Shown: positions 52,932 through 64,000 of the stretch, piece after piece | Layout of the letters: every line of letters starts with the position of its first letter | Numbering within the stretch: the stretch's first letter is position 1 | Assembly (NCBI GenBank): GCA_964016885.1 | Contig: OZ024740.1 | Coordinates: forward strand, 291,772,001 to 291,836,000 | Length of the DNA stretch: 64,000 nucleotides | Source: Eledone cirrhosa | Taxonomy: Eukaryota | Direction: 5' to 3' | Made by a program: the position numbers and the translations under genes | Notes under the pieces: model-generated | What the model saw: the letters and a program-made list of their open reading frames with translations, nothing else | What the model was told of the DNA's origin: nothing | Database searches by the model: none

Positions 52932-53200
52932 ATTGCTATGAAGGTCAGATGTAGATATTCATAATTCCTTTATTCATAATCAGCCGTGATACATATTTCT
53001 ATGGTGTTCATGATTATATGATACTGTGATCATACAACCACTAATGTGACTTCATCGGACAGTATCTTAGGTAATAAGTTTGTATGTAATATTGTTAATG
53101 CCATACAGGCTAAGGAAAAGGGGACAGATGAATTTTATGTTTCCCCATTAAGGTCCGTCAAATAAAAGAATTATGAATATCTACATCTGGCCTTCGCAAT
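52932..53200. mobile_element. MITE-like element with ~35-45 bp terminal inverted repeats
   Basis: 52940-52974 gaaggtcagatgtagatattcataattcctttatt matches the reverse complement of 53161-53195 with 2 mismatches. Confidence 0.75.
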
Positions 53201-54631
53201 TATCATTATTGTATATATATTCCATCATGAACTACCAAATCAGATTTGGAAGGATACACATGATGTTGAGTGCTTGAACCTAATTGCATCATTATTCACT
53301 GATTGGTATGTTGTATACATAACACTAATTAGTCAACATCTTATAATATACACAGGTGTATGTATATGTATATATATATATATATATATATTGAAAACAA
53401 AGCGAGGTTTCACATTAAGGTCCTATTATATATATAAAATATATACCCTATGCATATGCTCTTTCTATTCAGCCACTTGGTCAGGTCTTGAACAGATAGA
53501 CATAACATAGGTCAGAGATTAGTTTTTTGTCTTGCCAAGGACAAGGTAACCTCTTCAGTGTTGGTACCACATTAAGAAAGGCATCTCATCATAAAAAACA
53601 GGCCAAAAATGTACAATTGATTAATCTTACAATATTTCAGTTATTATGTCCTCTTTTGATCACTTCTAACTTTCACCTAAACAGAAAAAGCCAACTGATT
53701 TGTTGGTAATACACATGCTACCATAATTTTTAGTCCTTATTAATAACAGAGCTGAATCCACTTTGTTTCTGTTCAATAAATGTTATATTGGCTTTGATGT
53801 CGCTAAGACATTCTATTTAATGCAGTTGGTTTCTTACCTACAATGTACCATTATAAATATATTAGCCTTGATGTCTCCAAGACATTCTATTTGCCACGGT
53901 TGGTTTTCTATCTACAATGTGCCGTTCTTTGCAACATGCATAATTTAAAGTCATATATCAATGATCTGTTCTCTACTTTCATATTTCCAAGAAAACATTA
54001 ACTACTGTATACTCACTACAACTGAACTCAAGATAGCTGTCATATATCAACAAAAAAGATAGAATATAAAGTGTGCTATTATGTGTTATTGCTGGCTAAC
54101 TAAAATTGAAGCTATCAGATTGATAACCTAACAAAAATCTATCATGCTAGGGAAAGATATAAAACCTTCAATGTAATGCAAGCATCAAGTGCAGTGTAAA
54201 CTAACAATCGCATTCTAGCTTGAATTAAGCAAAATTTGCAAAACAATATGATAAGCATATTCTTTGATCAATTGCAAAAAGCATAATAAAATGTTTTTTA
54301 ACCAATGGAATTGTTAAAAAAGAAAAAAAACAAAACAACATAAAATACTGCTATTCACTTTATCCATGGTAAAGATGACCTTCCTGTTGCCAACCCAAAT
54401 CTTTCAGTATGGTAAAGATTAACCAACTGAAGTGTTTGTGAGGTAAAGACATGTACACAAACACATACAAACAACAAGCCTCCATAGAGTTTTAGTCTAC
54501 CAAATTCGATCACTTGGTATTAGTTGATCTAAGGATATAGAAGACACTTTTCCAAGGTGAAATTCATTTCATATTCTCAAGTATTATAAATAAAATGAAA
54601 AATGTTGGTTATCTTTTAATTTATACTTTAA

Positions 54632-54847
54632 CCATTTAGTATTTATATTACTCTATGTTTACTATTGTATTTTCATGGTAAAACTTTATCTTGCATAATT
54701 ATGTCACACAATATCAAATTTATGAGATTTTGATTTTATTTTAAGAAAAATAACTTAACATCAATATGAGCAGCTGGTTACAGCCAGTTTGAACAGAAAG
54801 AGGTGAGAGAATTATGGCCAGATACAGCCGGTTTAAATGCTAAATGG
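54632..54847. mobile_element. piggyBac-type MITE (sibling of 13353-13550)
   Basis: TTAA|ccatttagtattta ... taaatgctaaatgg|TTAA. Confidence 0.75.
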
Positions 54848-54934
54848 TTAAACCAATAATTTAATCATAATGAATGTCTACAGCACCTGCACCATCCTAG
54901 AAAGGTTTACATTATTTAAGACATTCTAGGTGAA

Positions 54935-55085
54935 GATGTGGGTGTGGTAAGGAGCTTGCTTTGCGAAAACATTTTTTTTAGTTTCACTCCATTGCGCAGC
55001 ATTAGGGACATGTGTCTTCTACTATAGCCTCAGGCTGACCAATGCCTTATGAGTGGATTTCATAGACAAACATTATAAGATAGCC
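54935..55085 (+). mobile_element. SINE (family C), degenerate
   Basis: gtgtggtaaggagcttgc..gtgtcttctactatagcctcaggctgaccaatgcctt; related pieces at 8875-8945 plus 10503-10560 and at ~50995-51120. Confidence 0.6.
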
Positions 55086-55544
55086 CAATGTATATTTGTA
55101 TGTGAGTCTGTGTACAGGCACATATCTGTGTTTGTCAGTTTATTGCAAAGCAACTAGTGATATTTCTTTGTGTCCTTCATAAACAGTATGTCCTGCAGCA
55201 AAGCAGCCAACAAAGATGAATAGTATATACCATACTTATAAAACAAAGCATAGCCTGATGCCAGGAAGGGAATCTGATTGTAGAAAAACCACTTCAAAAA
55301 TTCTTATTCAAACCATGCTGATAAGTTGCTATGAAAGATCTTGGATAACAGTTACCAGTCAGGAGAAATACATATTTATTTATTGTCTCAAATCATGATT
55401 ATTAAGAATTTGTTAAAGAAAATGTCTCAATATTTTATATTATTTGGCATGAAATAATTTCTAAACAGAAATTTGTCAAGAAAATAACCAAATTTAGTTC
55501 CGTTTTTCCTGAATCAATATGGACAAACATGTGACAAACTCTCT

Positions 55545-55827
55545 AGTTATGGTACCATAAAACACATCCAGTCCACTCTGTAAAGTGGTAGTGTTCATTC
55601 AACAATGAAATGCACTCAACCCACTCTGTAAAGGGCTGATGCTCCAAAAAAATGCAGCCTGTACAGTCTGTCAGGTAGTTGGGTTTTAGGAAGGGCATCC
55701 AGCCATAGAAACCATGCCAAATATGGAATATATGAGCAAGATGAGGTTGCTTAGACCCGTCTGGTCTCAGACTGACAATCTGTCCGACCCATGCCAACAT
55801 GAAAAGCATATGTGATGATGATGATGA
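55545..55827 (+). mobile_element. RTE-tailed SINE or LINE 3'UTR fragment
   Basis: Shares cagtccactctgtaaagtgg and ggaagggcatccagccatagaaa with 60085-60190 and ends in (gat)n. Confidence 0.7.
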
Positions 55828-56401
55828 GTGTGTATCACTTTAAAAAAACTATTAATATTACTCTTACAAACTGTAGCACAAGCATTATCATGTATGAACA
55901 TGTGATGAAGTCGTCAGGGTGCTGTATTGAACACAGCTGATTTTTTTTTTTCCAGAGAAAGAGACAGTGTGAGAGAGAGAGGAAGTGAGAAAGAGATATA
56001 GAGGAAGAATCGATCCCAGTACTGGATTGGTACATTTTTTATCGACCTTGAAAGGTTTTGAACTCAGATTGCAGAGATCTAAGGTTCTAATGATTCTGCC
56101 AATTCATGGCCTCATTATCATGAAGTTTGTTAATTTAATACAGTTTATTATATGTTGCTTTTGTGCGTTATGTTGGGGAAGGAGGAATCCAAATGTTTTT
56201 AGGCGAAGTAGATACAAACCAAGAGGAAAATTAAGAAAATTTTGTTGATAAAAATCATTAAATTTATAAATGTTGTCAATATTAGAAAATTTAATATGCA
56301 ATCAATTGAAAACATTAACAAAATGGAACTAACATTTTAAAACTAGCTTGTTAGTAAAATTATGTAAAATAAACAAATGAGATAGTTTAAAATGTATACT
56401 T

Positions 56402-56645
56402 TATATAAGTGATAACAGTATATAAGTTACACCCTGTTGTGTGTATATAAGTGATAGCAGTATGTAAGTTGCACCTCTGTTGTGTATATATACTGTATAT
56501 AAGTGATAACAGTATATACATTACACCTCTGTTGTGTATATATATACTTCATATAAGTGATAACAGTATATAAGCTACATCTCTATTGTGTGTATATACT
56601 GTATATAAGGGGTAGCAGTGGATAAGCTGCACACCTGTTGTGTTT
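56402..56645. repeat. Minisatellite, ~40-55 bp unit, about 5 copies
   Basis: Repeated tatataagtgataacagtatataagttacacctctgttgtgta. Confidence 0.85.
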
Positions 56646-56789
56646 ATTTTGCATTCAGCCTTTGACTCAAAGTCACATGCTGCTTGTTGTAAATACTGTT
56701 TATGATTTGTTTTTTCAAAACAAATCTTGTATTATTGTTTTATGCTTGTTAAATTATGCCCAAAATACAGGGATCTTATTTAAACCTTA

Positions 56790-59700
56790 ACCTTCTCGTT
56801 AACTACCCAATATCCCTCCCACCCACCCCCACGCACCACCATTATTACGTGGGCCAATCATAAGTCAGCGGCCTATGCTATCGCTTACCTGGTTGCCTTT
56901 CGATATGATGGATGGACTACGGAATTCTGGAGAGTTTGAAAAGAAAAAATCTGGACACTCAGTGACAATGCCAAAGATAAAGACAAATTCACCTCATGGA
57001 CGAGAATGCAAGGACTCCTCTTCTTTGTTTCGGCCGCGGATGGCTAACATACCCCCCCCCCCCGCGCCCCACCGCTCCCACCATCTAAACGCAATCCCAA
57101 ACTTCAGAGTTGGTACCTTGAATGTAGGCACCTTAAAGGGTCGCTCTAACGAGGTTGTAGAAATGCTTGAACGTAAGGAGGTTGATGTTTGTTGTATTCA
57201 AGAGACCAGGTGGAGGGGTGGGTCTGCTAGATTCATCGTGGGTAAAGAACGATGCTATAAGCTTTTCTGGGTGGGAAATGACAATGGGCTGGGTGGAGTA
57301 GGTATCATGGTAGCAGAAAAGTGGGCAGATAAGATAATAGACGTAAATAGAGTGAACGACAGAATAATTAAAATAAGACTTGTCTTCAATAGAACTACTG
57401 TGACAGTAATATCTGCGTACGCACCCCAATCCGGACTGCCCGGCACTATAAAAGACAGATTCTATGAGACACTGATGCTCATTACCTCCCAAATAACCGA
57501 CAGTGACTATATAATTATTGCTGGCGACCTAAATGGTCATGTTGGACAACACTGTGACGGCTATAACGGAATCCATGGAGGCTATGGGTTTGGTACTAGA
57601 AATGAGGAAGGCTCCAGAATCCTGGAATTCTGTGACGCAAATAACCTAACTATCTGTAACACTAACTTCAAAAAACGAGACAATCACTTGATCACCTATA
57701 AATCGGGGGGGAACACACAAGCCAGGTAGATTATATCCTTACCAGGAGACGTGACAGAGTGTCTGTTGTAAACACTAAATCCCTCCCCCATGAAGAATGC
57801 ACGTCTCAACATAGACTCATAATTAGCGACCTCATAGTCAGGACGAGACGAGACGTATTCGACAACAGAAGAGGACTATCCTCAGGAGAAGAATATGGAA
57901 ATTAAAGGACCCCACAGCCAGTAATAAATTTAAAAGCATATTACTTGATGCTTTTGATAGTAAGGAAGAGCAATTAGAGTCGTACAATATAGAGGAACAG
58001 TGGGAATTCCTGAAAGCTAACCTGCTGAAGGCGACAGATGAAACCTGTGGCTGGAGCAGGTCTATAGGCAGGAGGAGAGTAACTTGGTGGTGGAACAGTA
58101 AGGTGGAGAGGTCAATCAAGGCCAAAAAGCAGGCTTGGAAAGCCTGGCGGGATGGGGGAAGTAGAGAAGACTATCAAGTGGCCAGGAGGGAAGCTAGGAG
58201 ACAAGTGTACTTCACAAGAAGGGAAGCAGAGGAAAGAAAGTTCAAGCATGTTCTACAACGCGAGGACCAAAAACGTGAGGTGTTCAGGATTGCTAGGCAA
58301 TGTGTCAAGGAAAACAGTGATATTGTCGGGGAGAAGTGTGTCCTTAATGATGATGGTGTACTTGCCATCACTGACGCTGATAAGAAGGTAGCTTGGAAGT
58401 GTCACTACGAAAGGCTACTAAATGAGGAGAATAATTGGGAGAAAGACAGTCTCCCCCACATCGACCCAATAGAGGGACCAGCAGTGCAAGTTGAAGGTAG
58501 TATAATAAGTAAGGCGATCAAAGACATGAAGACGGGCAAGGCGGCCTTCAGAAATAGTTGCCGAAATGCTGAAAGCATCTGGAACGGTGGGATGGGACAC
58601 ACTATGGTCACCCAGATAGTAAACCAAGTCATACAGAATGGGGTTGTTCCGAAGGACTGGTGCAGCAGCATCATATTTAACTGCTACAAGGGTAAAGGTG
58701 ATGCCCTAGATAGGGGAAACTATGAGGCATTAAATTAATTGACCAGGTCACGAAGGTCACAGAAAAAGTAATAGCGCAACTAATCAGAGAGCGAATTGAT
58801 CTATACGAAATGCAGTTCGGGTTTGTGTCAGGTAAAAGTACAACAGACGCTCTTTTCATTGTACGACAACTACAGAAGAAGTACCTAGCTAAAAGTAAAC
58901 CCCTATACTTAGCTTTTGTTGACTTGGAGAAAGCCTTTGACAGAGTACCCCGCTCGATTATCTGGTGGGCCTTTAGAAAACTAGGTGTTGATGAATGGCT
59001 TGTGAGAGCTATACAAGCCATGTATAAAGAAACAGTCAGCAAGGTTAGAATTAACAACGAATATAGTGAAGAGTTTAGCGTAAAAGTTGTAGGAAGGAAA
59101 ATAGGGCACCGGTCCCATCTGGGAAATGACCATGCTCAGTGTGTAGGAAAGGTGTAGGTAGAAACTCCATTTTATGTCCCAAATGCAAAGTATGGGTACA
59201 TAAAAGATGTAGTGGGATCCCAGGTAAGCTAGCTAAGAATATAGATTTTATATGTGGCCGGTGCTCTGGTGCAATAAGTAGCAGCAAGTGCCCATAAAAT
59301 ACTAACTCATTCCATTGCACAGATGGTTCTATAGCAATAGTGGGCAGCTTCCATTACCTGGGTGACAAAATCAGCAGTGGGGGAGGGTGCTCTGAAAGTA
59401 CATTAGCTAGAGTCAGAACGGGATGGAAAAAGTTCAGAGAGCTTATATCACTATTGGCCGCTAAAGGGTTCTCTCTAAAAATGAAAGGCAGGCTGTATGA
59501 TGCCTGCATACGAACAGCAATGTTACATGGCAGTGAGACCTGGGCATTGTGTGCAGAGGATATACGCAGACTGGAGAGAAACGAAGCTTGCATGCTCCGC
59601 TGGATGTGTAATAGTAATATACGTGAACGGCAAAGCATAAACGAACTAAGGGAGAAATTAGAAATAAGAGGGATCAGATGCTGTTTACTCGAGAGAAGAC

Positions 59701-60310
59701 TACGTTGGTATGGTCACGTGATGCGCATGAAAGACGACAGCTGTATAAAAAAGTGCAGGGCAATAAAAATAGACGGTAGCCACGGAGTAGGCAGATCCAG
59801 AAAAATCTGGGACGACTTGATAAATTCCGACCTCACACACTTACACCTCTCCAAGACAATGTCACTGGACCGAGATCTTTGGCACTACACAGTAATAGAG
59901 AAGACCCGCCTTACCTAAGTGCAAAGTGAAACCTACTACAGTCAGTAGGCACCTCTAACAAAATACACCCCCGTACCACTACCCCCACCCCATCCACACC
60001 ACCCCTTTCAATCTAAAGTTATGTTGGTACCACAACATCCAGCTCGAAACAAATGAGGTCGTGTAGGTGTCACGACAAAAAAAACACACAGTCCACGCTG
60101 TAATGTGGCCGTGTAGGTAACACGGTAAAAACCTCCCAGTTCCACACTGTAAATGTGGTTGGTGTTAGGAAGGGCATCCAGCCATAGAAAATCCGCCAGA
60201 CAGTCCTATGCGAGCAAGGCAACCACTCTTGCCTCAAGTGGGAAAACTCCCGTCCAAACCCATGCAAGCGTGGAAAATGGACGTTAAACGATGATGAAGA
60301 TGATGATGAT
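56790..60310 (+). mobile_element. Near full-length RTE LINE, antisense in a SEC31 intron, inactivated
   Basis: APE endonuclease (GTLNVGTL, CIQETRW, SAYAPQ, AGDLNGHVG), RT motifs, Cys cluster, RLRWYGHV, ~390-bp 3'UTR and (gat)n tail; several frameshifts and an internal deletion at ~59088. The 5' end is approximate. Confidence 0.93.
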
Positions 60311-60371
60311 TACATTTGCCATTGTATTTAAATAAAGAGAAAACATTTAGCTAAAATAATCCCAATGATAG

Positions 60372-60525
60372 GCAGCCAATTGGCAGAACTGTTAGAATGC
60401 CAGGTTGAATACTTTGCAGTATTCCTCCAGGCTTTCTGTGTTCTTAGTCCAAATCCTGCCATGGTCAACTTTGCCTCTCATCCTTTCTAGGTCGATAAAT
60501 AAAGTACTAATCTAGTACTGGAATC
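60372..60525 (+). mobile_element. tRNA-derived SINE (family A)
   Basis: tggcagaactgttagaatgcc..gtcaactttgcctctcatcctt..gtcgataaataaagtac. Confidence 0.7.
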
Positions 60526-61318
60526 ATTTCTTCCTCTATATTTCTATCTCACTTTCTCTTCCTCACCACTTCTCATCTCAGCAAGAAGTCAGCTGTATTC
60601 AGACTTGGAGAGGAATGTGCCCTGTTAGGTTTAAATGCCCAAGACACATAATTTAGAACCCCTACAGCTCACTCAGAAGTTATGGGCCTTTGTATGGCTT
60701 GTCAATAGAAAACTGTGTTGACATATTTAACACTCGTGGTAATCATTTTTGTTTTGTATGAGACATTGAAGTATATTTGCCTGCAACACCAATATTGATA
60801 TAGACTGAATAGTGACATGATCAACCTGTCCTACATTAACTATTTGCCTATATGTATAGGTGTACATCAGTGAGTGAATGCTGGAAATTTCCCGTCTAGA
60901 AAAAGGTCCAGCAGATAAGTTGCACCTAACTTTCTATTAAACCCAATAAGGGTCGTATTATACACAAAGAAATATGGTAAGAATCTTTGTTAGGTCATGC
61001 ACTGAACACCAACCTAATAATGAGAAAGTTAGTTGTATTACTAAATCACTCCAAATTCTTGATTATTTTACAAATTATTTGAAAATCTTAAGAGACTTTC
61101 ATTAGAAATATGGTAATAATGAGAGTAAGGTGTCATGGCTAATATATCTAGCATGGCTAATATATCTGCATAGTGGTTCCCTTATTGATCTTTGCAAAAA
61201 GGTTGTTAAAACTACTGTGAATTTTTAATCGGAAATATTGCTTTTCAGTGTTTGCAGCCTCCAGAGCAAACAACTTATTGGTATTGGTATTCCTTGCCAA
61301 TACACTATATATATCAAC

Positions 61319-61562
61319 TGTAAAAGATATATGTATATACAGAGAGAGAGAAAAAGGACCATATATGATAGAAAATGCACAATATATTGTATATATACAA
61401 AGAACATATTTCAAAGAGAAATATGCACTCTAGATAGAATCAGTAGTGTTCCTGAAATTTCTCTTTGAAATATGTGCTTTATATATATATACAATATATT
61501 GTGTATTCTCTATAATATATGATCCTTTTTCTCTCTCTCTGTATATACATATATCTTTTACA
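61319..61562. repeat. Long inverted repeat, ~105-bp arms with a 34-bp spacer
   Basis: 61319-61422 pairs with the reverse complement of 61457-61562, with scattered mismatches. Confidence 0.9.
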
Positions 61563-61924
61563 TTTGAATTATTATGGCTTTGGATAATGTCTATGTCATA
61601 TTTTATATGTTTTGATTTCTCACATTTGTGTGTGTGTGTGTGTGTATATATATATACATACACATATATATATATCCAGTTGACTCATTAGGAAAATTTG
61701 AAATTTAGTGGTCCCAACGCAAATGACCATAATAATAATAGTCGAAAGAATGATAGCTGAAAAACTAGGGCAAAATACTGAAGGAGACAGAAAAAAGTGT
61801 GACCAGGCACTGCTGTCTACTTTTTTCCAGCTCCATGGATTTAGCATGATTTTTTCAACTATTACCTATAGTGAGTGACTATTACTATTATGGTTATTAG
61901 TGTTAGGACGACTACATTTCAAAT

Positions 61925-62102
61925 ATCTAGGATATATATATTAGTGTAAAATAAGACCATATCTAGAATATATGTATATATACATTAGTGTAAAATAAGA
62001 CCATATCTAGAATATAAGTATATATACATTAGTGTAAAATAAGACCATATCTAGAATATATGTATATATACATTAGTGTAAAATAAGACCATAGCTAGAA
62101 TA
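61925..62102. repeat. 44-bp tandem repeat, 4 copies
   Basis: attagtgtaaaataagaccat recurs at 61940, 61984, 62028 and 62072. Confidence 0.93.
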
Positions 62103-62588
62103 CTATTAATAATGTAAATTATTGATAACGTAACTATCAGAAAAAATGTCAATAATGACAGGGCTTTAATGTTAGTAATATGCAACAACATGCCAAATAC
62201 TAGAATTAATGACAAACATGTAAAGATTTCAGTGAAAGACTCTGAAAAGAAAGATGTAATGATGTTACAAACATTAAATTTTCGTTTCTCAAATATAAAA
62301 ATTATAATGACAGTATGAGAAATAATGGTAAGAAAAATTAAAAGTTACATTAATAAATTATTAGATTAATAAAAGACTTAGTTGAAGTACAACTAAAAGA
62401 GTTGCAGTGTTTGCTATAGAAGTAATCAATTTATGAAAGGTTGTTTTGGTGAAAGATGCTGTTTTCAAGGACTTTTCTCTTAAATTAAGTAAGAACTTCT
62501 GAAAACATAACTAAACACATAACCTAATTAGAAGGAAAAAAAGAAGAAACATTTAGTTTGTTAAATATATGTGACTTGGTTTACTTAC

Positions 62589-62701
62589 ACGTGAATTGTT
62601 CAATTTATCCTTCAACAAAGGTGGATCATTCCATGGTGTGTGAGGTTTCATTTCTTGGAAAGAAGGAATATCGCCCATAGGACCAGATTGTTGAGGAGCC
62701 A
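62589..62701 (-). CDS. SEC31A: Sec31 exon (113 nt) with WNDPP active-fragment motif
   Basis: tgtttctag|TG..CGT|gtaagt; (V)APQQSGPMGDIPSFQEMKPHTPWNDPPLLKDKLNNSR; phase 1/0. Confidence 0.88.
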
Positions 62702-63571
62702 CTAGAAACAGTAATATCCAAAAAACATTATGTTGAAGACTGCTGATACACAGACAACATATAATACATTTAATTTCTGTAATATTATCTACATAAATAG
62801 TTTTAACAAGTAAATCTTATAATCTATAAAAGGTCTTGTTCAAATGTTATTTCAGAGTCTTTATACAAATGATGACAATGAACATTTAGAAGTTTCTGAG
62901 CATATTTATGTCAAACTGATATAATGATTAGCTTCTAGGTACATTTGTCTTGATGTGAAAACAGATTCTGAGTGTATGTATCAATAAGTAGGTTAAAACA
63001 GTTTAAAGCCTTCAGATAAATCTTGATTCTACAAAGAAATTTTAACTTGTTTCTATATACATCTGATGTGTTTCTTTCCCACCCATATTGTTCTGCATGT
63101 TAATGTCTATTATAAATATTATACTGATGACCAGACCAGATTTACCTTACTGTTAACTTGATGGATATATTGTTAAAATTGTGAGAAATTGCTTCAAAGA
63201 CATTTCCTCTACAACCTCAGTAAGTGGAATAATTCCACAAAAGCTTCTTCATTGATTTCTAATTTTAAGTAAGTTAATATGATGTTGGCTCTACGCATGA
63301 TGACACCCGAGATCACTGACCTAGGATGACCCCAGTCCTGTCGAGCAAGAGCAAAGAAGAAGTAATTAATATGACATCTCCAAGAAAACGTTACATCTTA
63401 TGCTAAGTGTTAAAACAATGGTGTAGGAGTGAAGAATTTAGAACCAAAACTATTACACCTCTATTATAATTAATTTGATTTTTAACAAAATATAATCATT
63501 AACACCAACATACTTTAAAAACTATTAACATTCAACAGTTGTATGTTATTAGATATAATAAAATATTTTAC

Positions 63572-63663
63572 CTGGTGCTGAAATTGGATTGTATAGATTG
63601 GGTGGCTGTGGCTGTATTTGTGGTTGAGAATGGTAATTATTTGAAGTTTGATAAGAATTTGGA
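63572..63663 (-). CDS. SEC31A: Sec31 proline-rich-region exon (92 nt)
   Basis: tatgttttag|T..G|gtaaaa; PNSYQTSNNYHSQPQIQPQPPNLYNPISAP; the terminal G completes GTG with the next exon; phase 2/1. Confidence 0.82.
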
Positions 63664-63749
63664 CTAAAACATAAAAGAAAAGAAATGATTAGCTTTCAAA
63701 TAAACGAAAATGTTAATTACCAACAAAAAAAAAAAAGTGGCTATTTCAG

Positions 63750-64000
63750 AGAATCACTCTAGGTAGAGCTGCTCCAGGTAAAATCACTTCAGGTAGAGCT
63801 ACTCCAGGTAGACTCCCTCCAGGTAGACTTGCTCCAGGCAGAGCCGCTCCAGGTAGACTTGCTCCAGGCAGAGCCGCTCCAGGTAGACTCGCTCCAGGCA
63901 GAGCCTCTCCAGGTAGACTCGCTCCAGGCAGAGCCTCTCCAGGTAGACTCACTTCAGGCAGAGCCACTCCATGTAGACTCGCTCCATGTAGACTCGCTCC
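63750..64000. repeat. 15-bp minisatellite with 30-bp alternation, running off the window end
   Basis: Alternating ccaggtagactYgct and ccaggcagagccKct units. Confidence 0.9.

Overview
AT-rich, repeat-dense animal genomic DNA; the mix of RTE LINEs, SINEs and microsatellites suggests a cephalopod such as Octopus (inference). The only host gene found is the 3' part of a minus-strand SEC31 (COPII outer coat) gene. Seven coding exons between 63663 and the stop at 16618 were reconstructed by hand with GT-AG boundaries and a continuous frame; the ORF track shows only the last exon in the correct frame. The final intron (16801-48392, 31.6 kb) is almost entirely a ~30.9 kb array of a 27/30-bp minisatellite (about 1100 units) with nested higher-order repeats of ~1.1, ~1.44, ~3.6 and 10.7 kb. 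All giant ORFs there are by-products of the repeat. The rest holds decayed RTE and CR1 LINEs, an internally deleted Chapaev3-like DNA transposon with TIRs, piggyBac-type and other MITEs, SINEs, small minisatellites and a long hairpin. Best leads: the giant satellite intron in a housekeeping gene, periodic AG|GT sites within it, and a 48-nt exon carrying a second copy of the Sec31 WND motif. No CRISPR, rRNA or intact tRNA seen. Repeat boundaries are approximate.
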